A stretch of DNA of 64,000 bases from Harriotta raleighana. Lineage: Eukaryota. The DNA lies in NCBI GenBank assembly GCA_050575255.1, contig JBNZDD010013711.1:1670494-1734493 (forward strand), written 5' to 3'. Numbering within the stretch: position 1 is the first letter of the stretch; each line of letters opens with the position of its first letter. Below are positions 52,417-64,000 of this stretch, one piece after another. The notes beneath the pieces are model-generated. The model ran no database searches. It saw only the letters and a list, made by a program, of their open reading frames with translations, and was not told the DNA's origin. A program made the position numbers and the translations under genes.

Positions 52417-53981
52417 CTAAAAGTATCAATACAACACTTATTTTACATTATTGCAATAAACATTTCATTCTACATGTCATTCCATAAATGGCACTTCTAT
52501 CTTCATAAGTAATAGTAGACCTAAATTATATGAAGGATTTATTTTCCATAAAATTGTATTTGCTTTGTAGTAACTCAAAATGTGAAATTCTTTATAGCAC
52601 AATTACAAGAATATTTCATATTGTAATGAAAATGACACCACATGTATAGACTATTTCATACTTTTAGTTCTGTTCTTTTGCTAGACAATGATTAACAGCA
52701 GTCATGCAACATGTTGCACATTAAATTGTCTGCTACAATCACAGATTGATAGAAATATAGCAAAGAACAAGCTGATTTTGGTTTACCAACTAGTTGCTAG
52801 TTACCTCTACAAACATATGAGAATTTATAATTCTGATGGACATTGTTCACTAACATGAATTTACAACAGAATTCACTCCATTAACTTTTGTATATACTGT
52901 AGGTTAACATAATGAAGAATTTTCAATTGACCTCGTAGAAACTCTTATTGTGTAAAGAATTTGGTGAAATGTAGTATTTCTGAACAGTTGTGCAGGAAAT
53001 TGTTGAGAAGTCTGCCAGGTTTTCTACTCTATGCACAATACCTTGAAAAGTCAAATCTGAACTTACAAAAAATACTTAAATACAACAGATATTTTTACAA
53101 TACTAAAGAAAGTTACTGCTCCACAAACCAGGCTGGAATTAATGCAATTTCTTGCTGCATAATTCAGAACAACAAAATAAACAAATGAGGACAATTGATT
53201 AACTTTACACTATCTCTCACAGTTCATTTTAAAGTCTTCAGGTATCACCATTTGAAATTTAATGGGAGATTTTCCACAATGTGTTTGTGCTGTATACATT
53301 AGCAAAGCTGCCCAAATAAGCAATTGAACATGAATAATTCATTTCACAGTTTTCAGCTAAATTGATTCCAACAATACATAACCTGGTATTTACTTAAAAA
53401 ACTACACATTGACAAGTAATTTTAATTTCACTTAATTCAGCAGACTTGTATCTTTGTTATACATGTACATACCAGAGAAATTGGTTGTGTTGATAACACA
53501 CTTCACAAGGGTTTAATTGAGCATTGCATAATCCTAGTAATAGACCTTCCTTGTATGATTCTCAAATTAACTCAGATCTGGACATCTATCAAAGTAGAGT
53601 TGGAAAACTTCATTCTATTTAGCTATTCTGTTATGATCCATTTGAAGACTGATTCCGACTTTTAAACTAGACAGAAATGTAACATTTGTATCAGATTGAT
53701 ATGTATTTGGTCTGTTTAACACAAATCATCTCAAAGCTGAACAGTTCATCCACACATTCTGCAAACAGACAACATCTCCGCACGATGTTATGCAACTGGC
53801 AAAGCTACAACACTTAAAGGTTGTTTTGTAAAAGATTGATTTTGCTCTTTTGATAATCTAGATCATAGATCACAATCCAAGCTCCATTTGCTGTTCATTC
53901 ATGTTTCACTCCACCACATGTAAAGAGGTTAATCAGCTATCTTTATCGCAGTAAAGTAAGCACAGCTCCGTGGATACATAC

Positions 53982-54078
53982 CTAATGTTAAGAAGGGGCC
54001 TAGTTTTATGAACTTGCACATCGCAGATAGGACAGTACTTGCTTGTTTCCAAGTAGCGAACGATGCAGGTCTTACAAA
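53982..54078 (-). CDS. BMI1: BMI1 coding exon 2, RING finger C-part
   Basis: cgcag|(F)[31 protein letters not shown](R)|gtatgt; 97 nt. Confidence 0.99.
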
Positions 54079-54284
54079 CTGCGAATAAGAAAAACACACA
54101 CATCAACACGAACGTCTTCAGGTTAAGAGGCAGGAACTGACGGTGTGTGGGGGGGGGGGGCAGTGAGTGAGTGGTTTATCTGCCGGCAAATAGCGCTCTG
54201 CAAACAGCCTTGCTGAGCAGTGTTGTGTGCTATCATTCTGAAGGGAAGTGAAAGGTCGGATACGAGTTGAAAGGAGAGACTTAC

Positions 54285-54396
54285 ACGAGTGTAGACACTC
54301 TATGATGGTAGTGGCGTCTATGAAGTAGCCTCCACACAGCACACACATCAAATGGGGATTCAGCTCTGTAATTTTGATTCGTGTAGTTCGGTGCAT
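54285..54396 (-). CDS. BMI1: BMI1 (PCGF4) coding exon 1, RING finger N-part
   Basis: ATG at 54396; [37 protein letters not shown] plus 1 nt, donor GTAAGT; 112 nt. Confidence 0.99.
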
Positions 54397-57300
54397 GTTC
54401 TGACTAAAATGGCCGCGTTCTTCTGAAAGCTGAACAGAAATATATATATATATATGTAAGCCTATAAACAAATCCTTTGCTGTTATGTTTTTGTTACTGT
54501 ACATGTGGATACATTCTCCCTTGTTTGAATCCAATGGCCGCGTCGGACACAAGAGGCTGAGCTCAGCCACAAACTGTTTCGACAGCAAATGGTTGGTAAA
54601 ATGGCAAGTTATACAAGCCAGGTGAGTGATAAGATAAATACTGCTGTTTGACAAGAGTGTGGAGACCCAGGAACATTCGCCAACATCACACACACAGCCT
54701 GAAATCTTCCCAAACTAACAACGGGAAATCCATATCTGCTTTCCCTTTTCGCTGCTAAGATTTCATCAGAAAATGACAGAATGATATTGCATTGTTTTAT
54801 TATTTTTAAAAAAAACACACATTAGTTTCCCACCGGTCGGGACTCACTTTACCGAGAATACTGGGAAAAGTGGGAACACAGGCTGTGTGAGTGAAGAGTT
54901 GCTTCTTAAGAAAAAAAAGACACAAACAAACACACACACACACACACAGACACTGAACCAAATCGCGTCCAATTCATCCTTGAATCCATTTAAACACACA
55001 CTGACTGAAACGTTTTGGCAACAAAGCTAGACTTTAAAGGATGATCTCAGACATATCACCTTTATTTTGATCTTTGCGGTTATTAATAACAAAATATATC
55101 TTTTTTTAAAAAAACACACACCACAAACCGACCACACAATGAATGGTGTGTGGCTCTGGCGAAGCCTCTCACTGTCTTTGTTTCCTTTATGTTTAAACAT
55201 AACAAACCCGCCTTTGCTGGGCTTTGGGTCCAAATACAAGGCAGTTGAGTCAAAACACACACACACATATACACACACACTCCTCTCTCGGTGTAACCGA
55301 CATGCCTTTGGGATCATATTGAAAGCGTTTCGAGTCCCGCCGGGATCGATGAGAAATCGGCACCAGACAAAGCCACTATTTTATTGTAAAGGATTGTCAT
55401 GATCCAGGGGTGGCCGAGGCTGGATTGGAGATCACAACCAGGTCTTTTCCGCCTTGATATTAAAACCAGCGAATCTTACGACTAAACCCCCGCGTTAAAG
55501 CGAAACAGGAAGAATTGTGTTCCATAAAGCCATTTCCGGCAATTACATATTCGATGGAAATATTGTAATCAAACATCGAGAGCCGCTGTGTTAACTTGGA
55601 AAAAGGATTCAGACAACCCAGCCGACACGTTTGCTCCAAGTTGCAGCACAAATAGGACCAAATGCCGTGCAGACAGACCATTTTTTAATGATCAAAAAGG
55701 CAAATTGACGTCTGCTGGTGCCCATACTCGGCAATTCTTGCGGTTACTATAGCAACTTGGGTTACACTTGGCATTTTGCCAAAGGACCGAAAATAGAGCG
55801 AGCTTCTGCGGGGGGAAGCACACAGCAGTCATGTGAAAATCCGACAAAACTGAAAACCTACATGGCAATCAGGATCAGAGGACGGAGAGAGCGATCCGAA
55901 CATGCAAATCTCACCGCCATTTCAAATGAGCCCTAACGCAGCGCACATCATCGGTTTTTGTGGCTCTCCTTCAGATAGTTTCCACGTCGGCACTAGCTTT
56001 AAGTCGTGGCTTTTGTGATCGCAAATTTTTCTTCTGCAAAACGCCTGTCTCTTTCCTTCCCAGAGCAGCTTAATGGCTAGCGGCGGGTCCACAACCCGGG
56101 TCACTTTGATAGAGCACGCCTAGTGATTAATAATTAATTAATAAAGTCATCAGAAAACATGAATTAACATAGATTAATTAAACTTGAAGTTTCTTGCCGG
56201 CTAGATTTTTTTTGATGGGGGGGAGGGGTGGAGGGGGAAGGGAAGGTGAGTGAGAAATCAAAAGGAGGGAACAGTTGGCTTCTGCTGCAGAAAGAAATCA
56301 ACAAGAAAACTGACAACCTGCAGATATGCATACACCTAACGCACGTTACTGTAATTCACATCAAGGCAACGCAAATAAACACTAGAGCACATGAAAATTC
56401 ACTGCAACACGAGCTGGGGAAGTTTTTTTTCCCAGCCAGGCACAAACAATACAATTCATTGCATCTCGTGTAGATTGGGTTTAGAGTTAGTAGATTTCAC
56501 CTACAGCGCCGACGCGCGACGTTTAGCAGTAAGTAATCAAACCAAAACATGGGTCCAGGGAACAAGTCTACATAGATTATATTTGCATCATACTTGCATT
56601 GAAACACAAACAAATGATTTACTGAGATGAGTGGAGTTTCAATGACAACCCAGCCCTTCAGGCAGTCAGTCAGGCAGTCATTCAGTCCACTGACACAACC
56701 CAATACACATTCTCTCTCTCTCTCTCTCCCCTTCTCTCCCACCCACGCCCGTTTATTTACTGTAGTTTGATGCCGAGTTCAGACTTGACTCATTCACTCA
56801 TGGACTCAAATCGTAAAAAAAAAAGCGGTTTTGTTTTTCCCCCTGATGTAGCGGGGAGGCACAGGAACCAGAGAGTTATCCACTTGTAGTGTGCAGTCCA
56901 CACCAGGGCGCAGTTTAACACCATCCAGTACAATGCAGCCGTTCAGCGAAAGGAGAGAAAAAAAATGAAATAAAAGTCAACCACGTGTTTCACTAACGCT
57001 TCACCCTCTCTCATCAGACTCGTGATCGCCCGTCTCTTATCCCGGGCAGATCAACAGATCGATAGATTATCGGTAACCGCGACAGACAGACTTACTTACT
57101 ATTTATGCCCCAATGTAAACACACGTGTTTTATTTCACGTACCCGTGGGCTTCCATTTGTGGTCGATAATTCATTTCAGCTGCTAAACTTTTGTGTGTCT
57201 GATTTGTTGTTTGAGCCCGATGTTCTTTATTATCGGCACGGTAGGCAATTAGTCTTTATAGCAATTTACCCCACATCATCTCGCAGCAACAAAGAAATCC

Positions 57301-59614
57301 ATGNGGGGGGGGGGGGGGGGGGGGGGGGGGTGGGAGAAAAAAATGACTTGAATCAAACACAGATGAGAGTGTGTAGGCAGACTCCACGGTTTGACGTGTG
57401 GATTGAGAAAATAGTCTCTAAGAAATCAGAAACCAACTCAAAAAGGAGTCTGGATTATCCAAAAGATAACCACAGTGTTGACAAAAAGAAAAAAGGGTGG
57501 GGGAGGGGGGGGATTTTGCTATACACTTTTGAAACGATTGTAACCTTACCAATGTGTGGGGTGATTCCCTGCACAATGAATCTTCAAGAGATTGCACCCA
57601 GCAACACCCACACATACACATACTATTCTATTTACATCTCTCCCGTCATAGTGTAGCTGTGTTATTGTAATGACGCCAAACCACACACACACACACATAA
57701 AAGGTAAATCTCTACTGGTTCATGAATCATATTGAAAAGCACATTTTTTTTCCACATTGCACACATATCCTAAACCCTTAGAACACATGGCTAGGCTATG
57801 AGCTAAAAGTAGCCTGGCTTGTCGATTGGGTTTAGGGTGAGTGGATACTGAGGATCTAACTGTGCTGAAGTCAGGGCCACTTTGGAAAGACTATAAAGTA
57901 ATTGGAACTAGTGACAGGAATTTGTTGTACACCAATGTGACAAAGGGGAGGCGAGAAATCAGGCTGTCAGCATAGCCAATTTATCTGCTCTCATCTGAAA
58001 TCGTTTTGCTCTATGGATATACGCTTCAGAGCGACATCACAAGAGAAATCATGGAGAGGAATGTCACAGGGAGAGGATCGCACCAGCAAAGTTAAGCTAT
58101 ATATTTTTTCTCTTTTAGGTGCCCACTGTCTGCCTCTCTGAGCATGTGGTGGCAATTTCTACTTTCATAGCAGCAGATATCATTTCTCAAACCCCAAAGC
58201 TGAAACTTAACCGAGTGTAGTAGGGCAATGAGGAACTTATAGAAAATATATATCAGTACTGCTTTTTTTTGGTTAGTCTCGCATAATCTTGCTGTTTTTA
58301 AAAACAAATCTCAATTCCTGCTTATGTTCCTCCTTATGTTCAATCTCCCCAAAAAGGAACAGTTAAGCTGCTGTCAAGGCCACCAGAGGTTCCATTACAC
58401 AAAGTACATTTGGTATTCACACATATGAACAGTGCAACAACATATCCAGCTTGTATATAACCCCTCACACACACACACACACACACCAAACACACAGACA
58501 ACACACATCAACCACCAACACACACAAGCCACCCAGCAGCTTTCACCAACACCAGATCTGGGACAGTCCACATCGCCAAGATATTCTCGGAATTTACAGT
58601 AATAATTCTAACTGGTCAAGACGAGGGGGAAACACTTCTCTGCCTCTCGCAACCAGCCCCGCAAACCTCGTGTTCTGCCACTGAAAAATCATTCCTGTCA
58701 ATCTGATCTATACATATAAAAAAAACGTTTCCTCACACGAAGTGCACAAACATCAGAACAAAAATGTCCACAAACTCACAGGGAAATCCATGTCCCAAAA
58801 CATTTGGGTGGGTGTCTAGTTATGACAAAAGGTTTTGAAATTGCTTGTTTGATCGCCTTTACCACCACGAGCAAATATCCTACAAGGCTGGGAGGGGGGC
58901 CATTCACGACCGCCATGTTTACCGTCAGAATCTGCATGAGTTACTTGTAAGATGTTAAGTTCAGAAAATGCATCATAATCGTTCTTTTGCCCAAACTACC
59001 ACCCTGGCGGGTTCCCTATTCTGTATAGATCCCAACTCTATAAAATCGTTCCACTGGGCCCCTCGCTTGCTGCCAAAATATACATTAGTATCTGGGTTGA
59101 CTAATAACATTTCAGTGGCGGAGCTACAAATTTCCACTCCGCTCAGATTTCAAAGAAATCTAAATAAAAATCCGCGGCATCTCAAACCTCCCGAATTACA
59201 ACGATCGAAAGTATAAATATTGCTGCCTCGATGCGAGCGACCGGGAAGGTTGCAGAGCGAAGCGCGGCTGAGAACCGAACAGTTTTTTTCTCTCTCTCTC
59301 CCTCTCAAAAGGTACAAATGAAGTGCGTAAAACGAAACTGGGTGGAAATAAGACGCGGGGTGGGGGGGGTGGAGAGACGAGCGGGTGGGTGGGTGAGCTG
59401 CTGTCAGCTTTAAGAGGGAGGGAAAGAGAGAGAGAGGGGGGGATGGAGGAAGGGAGCGAATGAGTGAGAGGGAGAGAGGGGGGGGCGGAGAGAGAGAGAG
59501 CTAGAGACAGAGAGGGAGAGTGAGGGAAGGAGTGAATGTGTGTGTGCAAAAAAGAAGCAACACTGGGTTACGTTTCAAACAGCGAAAGCAGCCAGTGGAG
59601 CGGCCCAAATGCAC

Positions 59615-59863
59615 CTGGAAGATCTTTTCCACGTCGCAAAGCCTTGGAGATCGCATGCCCTTGGCAAGGCAGCCCCTCAGCTACAGCCTGCACCCCCGCG
59701 GAAAACAATGAAAGTTGTAGATCATGGAGTGGGGGGTGAGGGAGGGAGGTTGGGGGGGGGGGATGGGGGGGGCTGGGGGTGGGTGAGGGGGGGAGAGAAA
59801 TGAATCGCAGCCAAGCGGCCATCTTGCATGAACTGCAGACGCTGTCAATTGCAATAGCAGAGG
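59615..59863 (-). other. BMI1: BMI1 non-coding 5' exon (conserved leader segment with upstream ATG)
   Basis: Minus strand ATTGACAGCGTCTGCAGTTCATGCAAGATGGCCGCTTGGCTGCGATTCATTTC and AACTTTCATTGTTTTCCGC resemble human BMI1 exon 1 as recalled. Boundaries inferred from CTGCAG| (59864) and CCAG|GTGCAT (59614). Confidence 0.65.
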
Positions 59864-59864
59864 C

Positions 59865-59872
59865 TGCAGTTT

Positions 59873-59906
<34 letters not shown>

Positions 59907-59965
59907 GGCGAGAAGAGAGGGGGAGAGAGAGAAGAGAGAAGAGAAGAGAGATAGAGAGAGAGAAA
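59865..59965. repeat. (GA)n-rich simple repeat (polypyrimidine on the BMI1 sense strand)
   Basis: About 100 nt, almost all purines on the + strand. Other simple repeats include poly-G at about 38981-39007 and 57305-57330 and many (CA)n runs. Confidence 0.9.
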
Positions 59966-60289
59966 GCAAGCATTCGTTAAAACCAGCCTTCGATGCACAC
60001 ACACAGCCCTTTTGCAAAGCCGGGGCGGCGCAGACAGTTGCAACATTTTGTTAAACCGATCTACCTGGTTTCAGGAGCAGCGGCAGATGATGTCCGATTT
60101 CCAAACCCCCTCCTCCTCCTCCTCCTCCTCCACTCCTCTCCTCTCTCCCTCCCTCCCTCCTCACGGCTTGGTGGAAGTTTTTTGTGTGTCGTATGTCGTG
60201 TGTCTTATTTGTGTGTTGTGTGTGTGCTGTGCTGTGCTGTTTGTGTGTGTGGAGTGTGTGTGTGTGTGCAACGATGTGCTGTGTGTGTG

Positions 60290-60420
60290 TGTGTTGCGCG
60301 TTAAAAAATAACGCAGCCCCCACAGTGATGGGAGCCGTGAAACTGACACCGTCCCCAAAATGGCTCGAGTCCGCCCGCCCCGCTCCGTCACGTGGTCTCA
60401 TTCCTTAAGGGTGGCCTGGG
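60290..60420 (-). promoter_or_regulatory. BMI1: BMI1 proximal promoter (E-box, GC boxes, YY1-like site)
   Basis: CACGTG at 60389-60394 (GTCACGTG context), CCGCCCGCCCCG at 60371-60382 and CAAAATGGC near 60356-60364, in CpG-rich sequence between the COMMD3 end and the BMI1 leader. A MYC E-box is established for the mammalian BMI1 promoter. Confidence 0.65.
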
Positions 60421-62107
60421 AATTGGTGTCGGTGTTGATCACAGCCCCCCCCCCCCCCACCCCCCCTCTACACACACACACACACACACCACCAACCCAA
60501 ACCCCCATCTCCTCAAAGATAACCCCAATCCTCCCAACACACAGCCCACCCACCCACTCCACCGCCTTTGCAAAGCTCCCTCCCTCCCTCCCTCCCTCTC
60601 ACTCTCTCTCGCCCTCCCTCCCTCCTCTTTACGAATATCATCACACACAGCTTTTTTTTAAGCGAAAAAAGCAAAAGCATAACAAAAAAAATCTCTCTTC
60701 CCCGCCCCCCCCCCCCCTCTTCCCCAACCCCCCACCTTCCACCATGAATGTATTCTGTTTGCAATGCAACGAGCGTTTTGTTATTTGTTTTTTTCAGTGC
60801 GGTCTCCCTAACAAAAAGCCAGGGACTGCGATAATAAAAAATATAATAAAGAAACCACAATCCTGCGCTTTGTTTACTTCGGGAGTTTTTAATGCAACAA
60901 TCTCTCTCTCTCTCTCTCTCCCCAACCACCCTCCTCTCCTTTTTCCTCATACAACGCGAGCGATCAGAAAAGGCTTTGCTTTGCTTCCCCGACACGCTGG
61001 CGAGCGTTATTTCATGTATCAATTTAATGTCACGCCGCGACTAAATTATAATGTCAACCACACGATTGCTTATACAAGAGAGACCTCGAATGGGTAAGTT
61101 AGACCGTGCTGAGGTTATTTGAGATCGTTACGGGCGACGTTTTGTTTCTATCTTTTGTTTGTAGCTATATTTTACTGTTGTGTTTTTCCACCCCCACTCG
61201 CTTTCGGGTTCACAGAAACTAAGGTCTGACTTTTTAACACTGTTCCGACTTCAAACACACACACACACACACACCCCCACACATCGCCCCAGTTTCAGAT
61301 CGCCAAAGGATCTGGATCTTTTAAGCACAGTTTTAAGATTTAGAAACTCGCTATCAGGATTCATCGCAAATGAAAAAACAGCACCGCAACTCAATGAATC
61401 TTCCACTAAATGCTGTGCCAGGCATTTTGGAAACGCGACTATTCCGAAATATATATTATACATAGATTGAAAACATGCTTACAGCGGGAGATACAGAATA
61501 CCGCGAATTGCGATGCATGTTCACACTCAAAAGTCGTCTAGATGTATATTTTCTTGCTGTTTATCACTTCTGTTATTAATTTTTACTGGCAGGGGGAGAA
61601 ACACACGGAGACAGATGGCAAGGAATGAAAAAAAATTGGGCAAATAAAGCCAATCTTATTTGTAAAATGTGGTCGATTTTACTCAGAGGAGTCACGATTA
61701 TATCTGAAACAATTATAAACCAATTGGTATCGGTTTAAATTGACACCCACAGTCTGATGTTGCTATTTTGATGTCGCCGAGAAAAGCCCCTTTTCAGATT
61801 TAGCTTTTACAAATTGAGAGCCCGGCGATGAAGCAGAAATCAGAAAAAGTTTAATGTATTTTGAATAAATCGTAACACTTCATACGAACACAGCCTGTGC
61901 TGCCTAGAAAATGGGCAACACGTTAACGATGTTAATCCAATTTTGATATCCAAAACACACAGACACACACACACACACAGGGTAAGCAGAGTGAACATAT
62001 TTTTATTATGAAAAAGTTACACGCATGAGGGCAAAGTCTACAAAATGTTAGCTACATTGGGAATATACAAGTCTTGGTGTAACAAAATCTTTACTTCCTT
62101 CTCTCCT

Positions 62108-62113
62108 TTTATT
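62108..62113 (-). terminator. Candidate COMMD3 polyadenylation signal AATAAA (second candidate at 62002-62007)
   Basis: tttatt on the + strand about 170 nt past the COMMD3 stop; usage not shown. Confidence 0.55.
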
Positions 62114-62281
62114 CACTCAAGTGTAACCCGGCACTTTATACATTGGTCAAGTTTGCAGAAAAATAGAAACACAAACAAACAACTGATTGTTCAGAAACTC
62201 TGCATAGAATATGGATGGAGACGATGGGGTTCTGCCTCCCAGAGCTGCAAGTTGAATCGCGCTGTCCTACAGCTCAATCCA

Positions 62282-62341
62282 TTACATCTGACTCGCCTTT
62301 TCCATGCTTTTAGCCGAGTCTTTTAACTTTCCTAAAAGATC
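62282..62341 (-). CDS. COMMD3: COMMD3 terminal coding exon
   Basis: ttacag|DLLGKLKDSAKSMEKASQM-TAA. Resembles the human C-terminus DLVGKLKDASKSLERATQL. Confidence 0.95.
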   Translation of the reverse strand, partial: DLLGKLKDSAKSMEKASQM

Positions 62342-63680
62342 CTGTAAAACAATTGTTTTTTAAAAAAACTGTATTTAAAATATAGTTAATAATCTAATTC
62401 ACTGGCACAGAAATGTCATATTAAAAATGAATTCATAAAATGTCAAAGGAAGGACACTAATAGATTTTCTTAAAATAAATCAAAATGTAAAAGTATGGAG
62501 AGCTACCTAAATACAGAAAGTAAAATCAATTCAACAATTAAAAATTAGTATCCCATGTTCTGTAGTCACAAACCGGAATTAGTTTTGAAATCCACTAGAT
62601 AGTTGCGTTTTTGAAGCAACATAACTTAATGCTTATGTTCATATATGTTAGTTCTGAACTATAAAAGGCAATGCTAAGCCAAAACTTTATTTTCATATTT
62701 AAAAAAAAGCTCCCATCTAAACATTATTTTAAAAAAACGACCATTCCGCGTCTAAACCTGTGAGAAACAAAATGGTTTAAAACATATTATGAAATTGTAA
62801 TGTTCAACTACGTTTTCCTACGATGGAGTTCGACAGTTTCAAATTGCCATGAGGTTACAGCAAACAAAAAGTGAACAGAGACTTTGACAATTATGATGGC
62901 TGCTCCCACAGAACCGAGCAACGTGCAATTGTTTCAGAAATAAATTAAAAATGTCAAACAGCCTAGCAACAATAAAACATTACACTCTGATAAAGAAAAG
63001 TTAGGGGGAGGGGGGGGCGGGAGAGGAGAAAACAAAATGTTAGTTGCAAGAAAGAAAAACTTAAAACTTCACTAGTACAAATAGTTAGCAACGAAAAAGC
63101 GTTCACAAAATACAGTGCAGCCCCAATCACTCACTAGACAGGAACAGTTCTGGAGTTAATGGTAATCATTATTGTAAAGAAACAATTACACAGATTGTGC
63201 ACTATGATAAAGTTGCAGGGAAAGTTGAGATTACAAGATAGTAAAACTGTCTGCTTTTAAACTGATGGGTACAAAAGGGCTGTATGTTTGTTTGCCTATA
63301 AATATATTCGAAACCCTACATATCAAGCGATACAGGAATTAACAAGATAGAGATCCTCAACTCTATATACAAAGAACGGTGGATTCTCAAAACTTTATTC
63401 CCTTATACATGCTGAACTGTTTGAAACATTTGAAATAGTTTTGTCACCCTTGAAATAATTAATCTCCAGACATACGCTTGAAAACTTTATTCCACGGGAG
63501 GGAAAACGGCAATGTGCTAATTAAATCTTCACATTTCCTCCAAAATCTACCAGTTAACAATAATTGATTTGAAGAATGTACAGTACTTGAAAGCCATGTT
63601 CTACGTTGTTATGTTTGACATAATACATAACATAGAGGGAAATGTCTTTCTCCACATGAAGCACAGTTTAAACACAATAC

Positions 63681-63740
63681 CTGTAACTGTTCCATGCTGC
63701 AGCTAAAAGTAACATCCTCAGCTGATCTGGCCTCACCGGT
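63681..63740 (-). CDS. COMMD3: COMMD3 exon 7
   Basis: ttgcag|TGEARSAEDVTFSCSMEQLQ|gtattg; 60 nt, phase 0-0. FSCSMEQLQ is characteristic of COMMD3. Confidence 0.95.
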
Positions 63741-63825
63741 CTGCAAAAAGTCAAAATAATATCTTAACATGTATAGAATGCACAAATCAAATACAAAATC
63801 TAATACTGGCTGCTTTAACCCTTAC

Positions 63826-63882
63826 CTCTGTGTTTAAGGTTAGTAAATACGATGGCTGATTGACTTTATGAAGATGGTTATT
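63826..63882 (-). CDS. COMMD3: COMMD3 exon 6
   Basis: ttccag|NNHLHKVNQPSYLLTLNTE|gtaagg; 57 nt, phase 0-0. Resembles human TNQLHRMYRPAYLVTLSVQ. Confidence 0.92.
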
Positions 63883-63963
63883 CTGGAATACAATACAAGA
63901 ATGGGTTCAGTCTCAAGGCATCAAGATAGTTAGTTGTAGGAAAATTCTTTCGTTTTTATTTAC

Positions 63964-64000
63964 CCTAATGTGATACTCCAACCGCCAAGAAACGTCAGTG
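63964..64000 (-). CDS. COMMD3: COMMD3 exon 5 (3' part; truncated by window edge)
   Basis: Minus strand reads TDVSWRLEYHIR, then donor AGG|GTAAAT. Matches the COMM-domain motif (human ..TDVSWRLEYQIK). Ends in phase 0. Confidence 0.93.

Noticed and set aside
54397-54693. 191-aa ORF suggesting a long N-terminal BMI1 extension in one exon
   Set aside because: The upstream part crosses an (AT)n tract, branch point and acceptors, so it is intron. It also runs through the GTAAGT donor.
59993-61097. Several 70-245 aa ORFs around the BMI1 promoter
   Set aside because: Low-complexity translations of (CA)n, (CT)n and C-runs; no family resemblance.

Overview
Vertebrate nuclear DNA, most likely from a cartilaginous fish (a chimaera/holocephalan is inferred from the DeuSINE/SacSINE1-like, L2, CR1 and Penelope-like repeats). 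It holds the conserved COMMD3-BMI1-SPAG6 block, all on the minus strand. COMMD3: last four exons (62282-64000; exon 5 cut by the window edge). BMI1: complete CDS in nine coding exons (49423-54396; 981 nt, 326 aa), non-coding first exon(s) near 59.6-60.3 kb and a long 3' UTR. SPAG6: exons 1-4 (9621-28841); the rest lies beyond coordinate 1. SPAG6 introns are full of decayed retroelements and small DNA transposons. The BMI1-SPAG6 interval is repeat-poorer and CpG-richer, with two orphan promoter-like elements. No prokaryotic system or CRISPR array is present, and almost all ORFs in the track are spurious. Main leads, all needing transcript data: tandem acceptors before the BMI1 ATG that set the frame for a COMMD3-BMI1 fusion versus a conserved upstream ATG; an orphan promoter at about 43 kb; an intronic RFX X-box in SPAG6; conserved miRNA seeds; a perfect 40-bp palindrome; and a 1079-bp duplication that is probably an assembly artefact. 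Comparisons with human sequences are from memory, not from alignment.
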